From contig NZ_CP011304.1 in the NCBI RefSeq assembly GCF_000981785.2, positions 2,130,001 through 2,162,000 on the forward strand: a stretch of DNA of 32,000 nt, read 5' to 3'. How positions within the stretch are numbered: position 1 is the first letter of the stretch; each line of letters opens with the position of its first letter. The stretch comes from Microcystis aeruginosa NIES-2549. Lineage in GTDB: Bacteria > Cyanobacteriota > Cyanobacteriia > Cyanobacteriales > Microcystaceae. The notes beneath the pieces were generated by a model that was not told where the DNA came from, made no database searches, and saw only the letters and a program-made list of their open reading frames with translations. Shown here piece after piece: positions 20,101 to 26,100 of the stretch. A program made the translations under genes and the position numbers.

Positions 20101-23100
20101 TATTATTCTGATCCACCACCCCAAAATCCGCTAATCCTTCGCCGTTAAAGTCACCTGCGGCACCAACGCTTTGAATTAAGCCGCCATCGGCAATGTTAAT
20201 AATTAACTCATCCGTTCCCGCCGCTGCGTCCAGTAAATTTTGGGTACTAGCGCCAAAAGTGACAACAGCGCCATTGATACTTCCTCCGGCCAGCACATCG
20301 GCAAAACCATCGCCATTGATGTCCCCCAACATAACGACATCATTACCTGCTCCGGCAAGAATTTTGCTAACGCTAAGGGCGGTGACATATACGTCAGCCT
20401 CGGAGTTGGTGCCAGTATAGCCTAGATACAATCGACCCCCTAAAATAGCTGGAGCGGGGAGATAATTACTGGTTTGGGAATCAATCTCGTTTAACCCAGA
20501 CCAACTGGTTCCATTGCTAGAAGTCAGATAGTAGAGATCGCCACTGCTATTGCTATAGGTGAAGTAAAGTTGACTGCCGTCATTGGTAATGCCAGGCGCT
20601 GTACTGGCGCTAGTTGCGCCGCTTAGTTCCGATACGCCCCAAGTTAGGTTCGTTAAATTTGAACCGCTGGTGTTAGTGACGTAATAGTTATTACCGCTAC
20701 CTACCGTTCCACCCTGATAGGCTAGGTAAAGCGTTTCGCCCATAACGGTGGCGCTGACGGCTTGGCTGGCAGTTTGATTGGGGGTACCATCTGGATTGGC
20801 AACTGTGTAATCTGTTGACCAGGAAGCTCCTGATTGGGGATTATTAGAGTAAACGTAAAGAATATCGCTATTAGACTCGGTGCTGACAAAAAACGCCATC
20901 AACTGGTCTTGATAAACCACGAGAGAAACCCCGGCACTGGAAGATTGATTGGGGATAGCTTGTGCGCTTGTCCAGGTTTGTCCGTTATCAGTGCTAGAGG
21001 TAATATAGAGGTCTTTATTAAGACCAACAAAAGCCAGATAAAGCGTCCCTTGATAAAAAGCTAAGGATGGGGACTGGCTGGTAGTTATACCACTGGGAAG
21101 TTCCACCGCGCTTGTCCAGGTTTGCCCGGCATCACTGCTAGTGGTCAGATAAATTTGATTACCCCCCTTTTCCACATAGGCGAGGTAAAAAGTGCCGTTA
21201 TTGTTGATGAAAGCAGGGGCGGCGCTCGATTCGTCTCCGAGGTTATAAATTTGGGTTCCTATTCCTACTGTTACGGAGTATAAGTCGCCATCAATAACAA
21301 AACCGTTATCACCGGAAATATCGGCTAATTTAATACTGCCATCGTCCGCTAACCAGGGATGGCCATAAGTAGTGTAGAGTTGTCCCGCATTAGGCGCACT
21401 AATCATTAAATCATCCACGCCATCACCGTTCACATCCCCAATACCACTAGCGGCGGCTCCCACTAATTGATAAGGCTGATCTCCATTGAGTAAGAAGGTG
21501 GTTTTACTATCAGTAGCGGTAATGTTGAGGTCAAAAATAGTACCAATGTCGCTCAGATTAAGGGGTCCAAAAAGCACATAACCTTGCCCAGTGCCGTTTG
21601 CACCCTGGGGGGCGGTAATCAAAAAGTCTGCATACCCATCATCGTTGACATCGCCGGGGGAGGTAATAATCGCCCCTGTTTGACTGAAAGAAAGCCCTCC
21701 GACAATACCTAAATTGGCTACATTGCCAAGATTTTGAGCATTACTGTTGGCACTTACTCCTCCTTTAAGAACATAAACGGCACCGTTATTATTGCTTGCT
21801 CCCGGGGCGGAAATGGCTAAATCATTAGTACCATCACCATCTAAGTCACTACTATTTAAGGCACTTCCCGCATTGATGTTATTAGCTGTACCATTACTGG
21901 AGGGCAGATTGGGACCGGTATAACTCACATATTCCGTTAATGTTGTTGTGCCATTACTTTGATAGACATAGACTGCCCCCAATTCGGCTTGGGTGGTGGA
22001 GGGATAACTATTATTTTGATTGGTATTACCAGGAAGTCCACTTATGCCATTCCATTGATTAGTAACCGTTCCTTGAAAGTTGATCGCACCGATAATCAAA
22101 TCATCGGAAAGTTTATTACCAGTAAAGGTAGTGGAATTAGGTGTACGAGAGGAAACCGCAAGGCTATAACCTGCTAACTCTCCCTGGTTAGTGGAATTGT
22201 AAATATTTGAAGAACTTGAACTACCATCAAAGGCAACATACACCGCCCCATTGCCATTATTTGCCCCCGGCGCACCGATGGCAATATCAAATTTAGTACC
22301 ATTGGCGTAAGTGCCATTAGATTGAGCGTTACTGTTAAAGTTACCCACTGCCACGGAATAACCAAAGGCGATATTGGTTGAACTGGGGGCATTAATTACA
22401 TAACCTTGACTGCTAGTTAAATTCGTGACATCAATGGTAGATCCTTCTAAATTATTAGAGCCATAAATGACATATACTGCATTCGCATTGGGATCACCAA
22501 TGACTAAATCCTGATAACCATCACCATTGACATCTCCTGTGGCCATACTGAAAGGAAAATCGCCGTTTGCTTGTCCAGTATCACTTAAACCTGTAATCAA
22601 GACACCGTTAGGATTGCCAGTTAAATCGGTAGTAGTTAAGGGATTGGTTTCACTGTTTAATAATACTGCGCCGCCTCCAAAGAGAATTTGGATTGTCCCT
22701 CCTGATTGTGGAACGCCTGAGGTGTTAGTATAGCCCCGATTTCCCACGGCTACATCGGATTTACCATCGTTGTTAAAGTCAGCAGAAACGATTGAATAAC
22801 CGATACTAGGATTATTGGTGTTGATAATAAAACCACTATCGATTAAAGCAAGGGAAGAATCATTGGCTTCGGTGACTGTGGCGGTTCCTAATACTTGGTT
22901 AGAGTTGATGGTTGTGGGTTCGCTGGTGACATCTACAGGATTGATAGATTGGGAAGCATTACCATTGATAGAATATTCAAAGTTAGAGTAATTATTACCT
23001 CCTCCATCGATAAATAAATCTAAGTCCACATTAGAGGACAAGATTGTATATTCCCAACTACCATCAGGATTCACAGGATTAAGTAGTTTATCCCCTTGCA

Positions 23101-26100
23101 CAACCGCTAATTGATTGCCATTGGTATTGCCCACACTCCATGTGATAGTCTCGCCATTACTATTAGTCGCAGTGACAACAATAGAACTTATTGTTGTACC
23201 TGTAGCCTGATTCGATAAATTGAGGGGTAAATAAATATCAGGATTACCGTTAGGATTCACATAGCCACTACTGTTAGCAGTGGTGTAAGAAGTCACATCC
23301 CATTCAGGTGTATTAGCATTGGATAGTTGAGTGGCGATGGGCTTGTAGGTAGGATCAATAACACTAGGCACACTCCAGGAACTACCATTATAAGTTACAT
23401 AGTTGGTATTTGGTCCGGCAGGTAAAGGATCGATATATTGAGAATTATATTTATTGCCTATTTGACTGGTACTAAATAGGATTTGAGAAATTTGAGAAGG
23501 GGTTAAATTGCCAAAATCCGATATATCACCAGTTTCGCTATAGGTTAAGGCTTGACTATAAAAAGCCACCTCATCTAAATAGACGGCACTGGTATTAGAA
23601 GCACTAGCAAGACTGACAGTGGCACTGTTCGGGAGAGTTAAGGCTAAATTCTCTTGAGAGACCGAGGGTTTACCATTAATATAAAGGGTAGCAGTATCGG
23701 TTTCTCCGTCATAACTGGCAACCACATAATACCATTGGTTAGCACTAGGAGTAAAACCATCGGAGTTTAAGATATTTCCATTGAGATTGAAAGATAACTC
23801 TGTATTGGTGAGACTTATACTCACCAGGTCACTAACTGATAGTAATTCTATCGAACTTGAGGATAAAGAGGGTGCATTAAACCAAAATTCTAAGCTAAAA
23901 GAAATACCAGAGAAGGGAATGGCGACGGAAGTGGCACTATCGCCTGCATTAAACAATACGGCAGGATTGGGATCACCCTGATTAGTGCTAGTATTTTCTA
24001 ACGCACCTACCTCATTAAATGTTACTGAACCACTATAAGTACCATTACCGCCAGCCCCGTAAATACCTTCATTGACAAGGGTTGTACCACTGGTTTCCGC
24101 TAGACGATAGTAAAGTAGAGGAGATTCTTCTTGGGTTAATTGACTATAGGATGTAGCCTGAGTTTCTGTCCACAAAACTGTTGGCTTACCGTTAATGGTG
24201 ACAATACTTAACTCTGTTGAGGGATCAGGATTTGCGTCAGTGTAGAGAATTTCAGGACTACTCCAACTAGCCACCCCACTACTATAAGTAAGGCTTGACC
24301 AGTAAATGTTTGATTCGCTATTATTATAGTTAATCCATGCGGCCATCAATTCGTTATTCGGTCCAGAGCCGATGACGATTTTGCCTTCCGAGCCTTCTTG
24401 TTCTGCTATGGCAGCGGCTATCGTCCAACTACCTCCACTATAGATAGAGTAATAAATGTCAGATTTATTGAAACTTTCATTAATTGAGGTAGTTTCATCG
24501 TCGGTATAAAATTCGCCAGGTACAAGGTTCGTATTTATATCACTAGCATCAGCATTAGACCAGACTAACACGGTAATATCATTAGTGGAGTCATAGGCCC
24601 CTACGGGATTAAAGTTAAAACCGCCTGTCCCCGGAATACTGCTAATACTGCTAACTAGGTTAGTATCAGTAGAATTGAGGACAGCGTATTTAATAACAGT
24701 AGTTGGAGTGCTAGGGGATGTAATAACGGGTTGATTGCTAAAATTAGCCACACTACCGTTAGTACCAGATAAAGAATTACCCGTATAACTTACTGTAACG
24801 ATGTCTCCATTACCGATGAGATTTACCCCGTCTGGGGGTTGAACCGTTAAAATAACTGTATTGCCAGTAGTATTTACGTTCCCAGATATCGTAAATACCT
24901 GTCCATTACTTTCTACAGTAAAGTCGCTATTGGTAACACCATTATCGGTTAAAGTTTGATCGAAAACGAGGGTAATTTGATTACTGGTATTATTTTCGGT
25001 ATTATTTTCAACGATCGCACCCGCCCCCAATATAACGGGGGGATTGCTACTCTTAGTGGTGTTAGTCAGGGCAAAATTACTAAATTCATTAACCCAAAGG
25101 GTGGTATTAGTAAAGGAGTTATCAATGTAAAGATTAGTGCTGGTGGGAGTTGAAAGATTGTAACTAATGCTTAATTCTGTATCCTCACTCACCGCAGTAT
25201 CAAGAGTTAAAGTCAGACTATTATCATTAACTTGGATATTGCCCACAGTATAGCTATTATTATTACTATCGGTGACGATAAATTGATTAGCAGTAGGAAC
25301 ATCATTGCCATTGCCTAGATCATCGATAAAATTCAGGGTGACAAGTTTCCCGTTAACAAAACCGGAGATCGGTTCTAGAGGCGGAACCTCCGCAACCCAT
25401 GCCAATAAAGGAGATGAACCACCAGAAATAATGAAGGGCGCACTATCTTGTCCTAAATCCGCTTCAATATTTGCCATGAGGGAGGAAGTTGTAACAGCAG
25501 GCGGGGTAATCCCTGTTACTAAGGAGCTAATATTTTGACTGTTGTAAGTTATACTAACAATTTGATCGGGAGATACACTCTGATTGAGACTCAAAAAGAC
25601 ATTATTCCCTGTGAGGGAAACAGAAACACTCTGTACCTGGACATCATTCACCGTTGTCCCATCAGAGTTGGTAACGGTGACGGTATAATCTGCAACAGTG
25701 TCGGAGAATGTCAGATTAGAATTGTTGTTTGAAATGAAGACAGATGACTGAGAGACTTGGGCAGATACGCCATTTTGAATGGTAAAAGATTCGATCGAAT
25801 CTCCGTTACTATCTTCTAAGGGGTTACTACCTAAAGAACTACTATTGTTATAACTAATGGTGACATTTTGTAGAGACTGATTCGTCACCGATGAGGCAAA
25901 TGTTAATAACACACCATTATTAGTTACCGTCGCATCGGTAATGGATAAGGAGGTGTTATTGTTGTTGGTGACGGTAAATCGAGCAAGATCAGGACTAACC
26001 GTCGTATCTAAGGGAGTGTTAAAAGCGAGAAGGAGGGTGAGATTAATATAGTTTTGACTGTTACCACTGGTGGGATTGTATTGATAAGCAAGGGAGTTAG

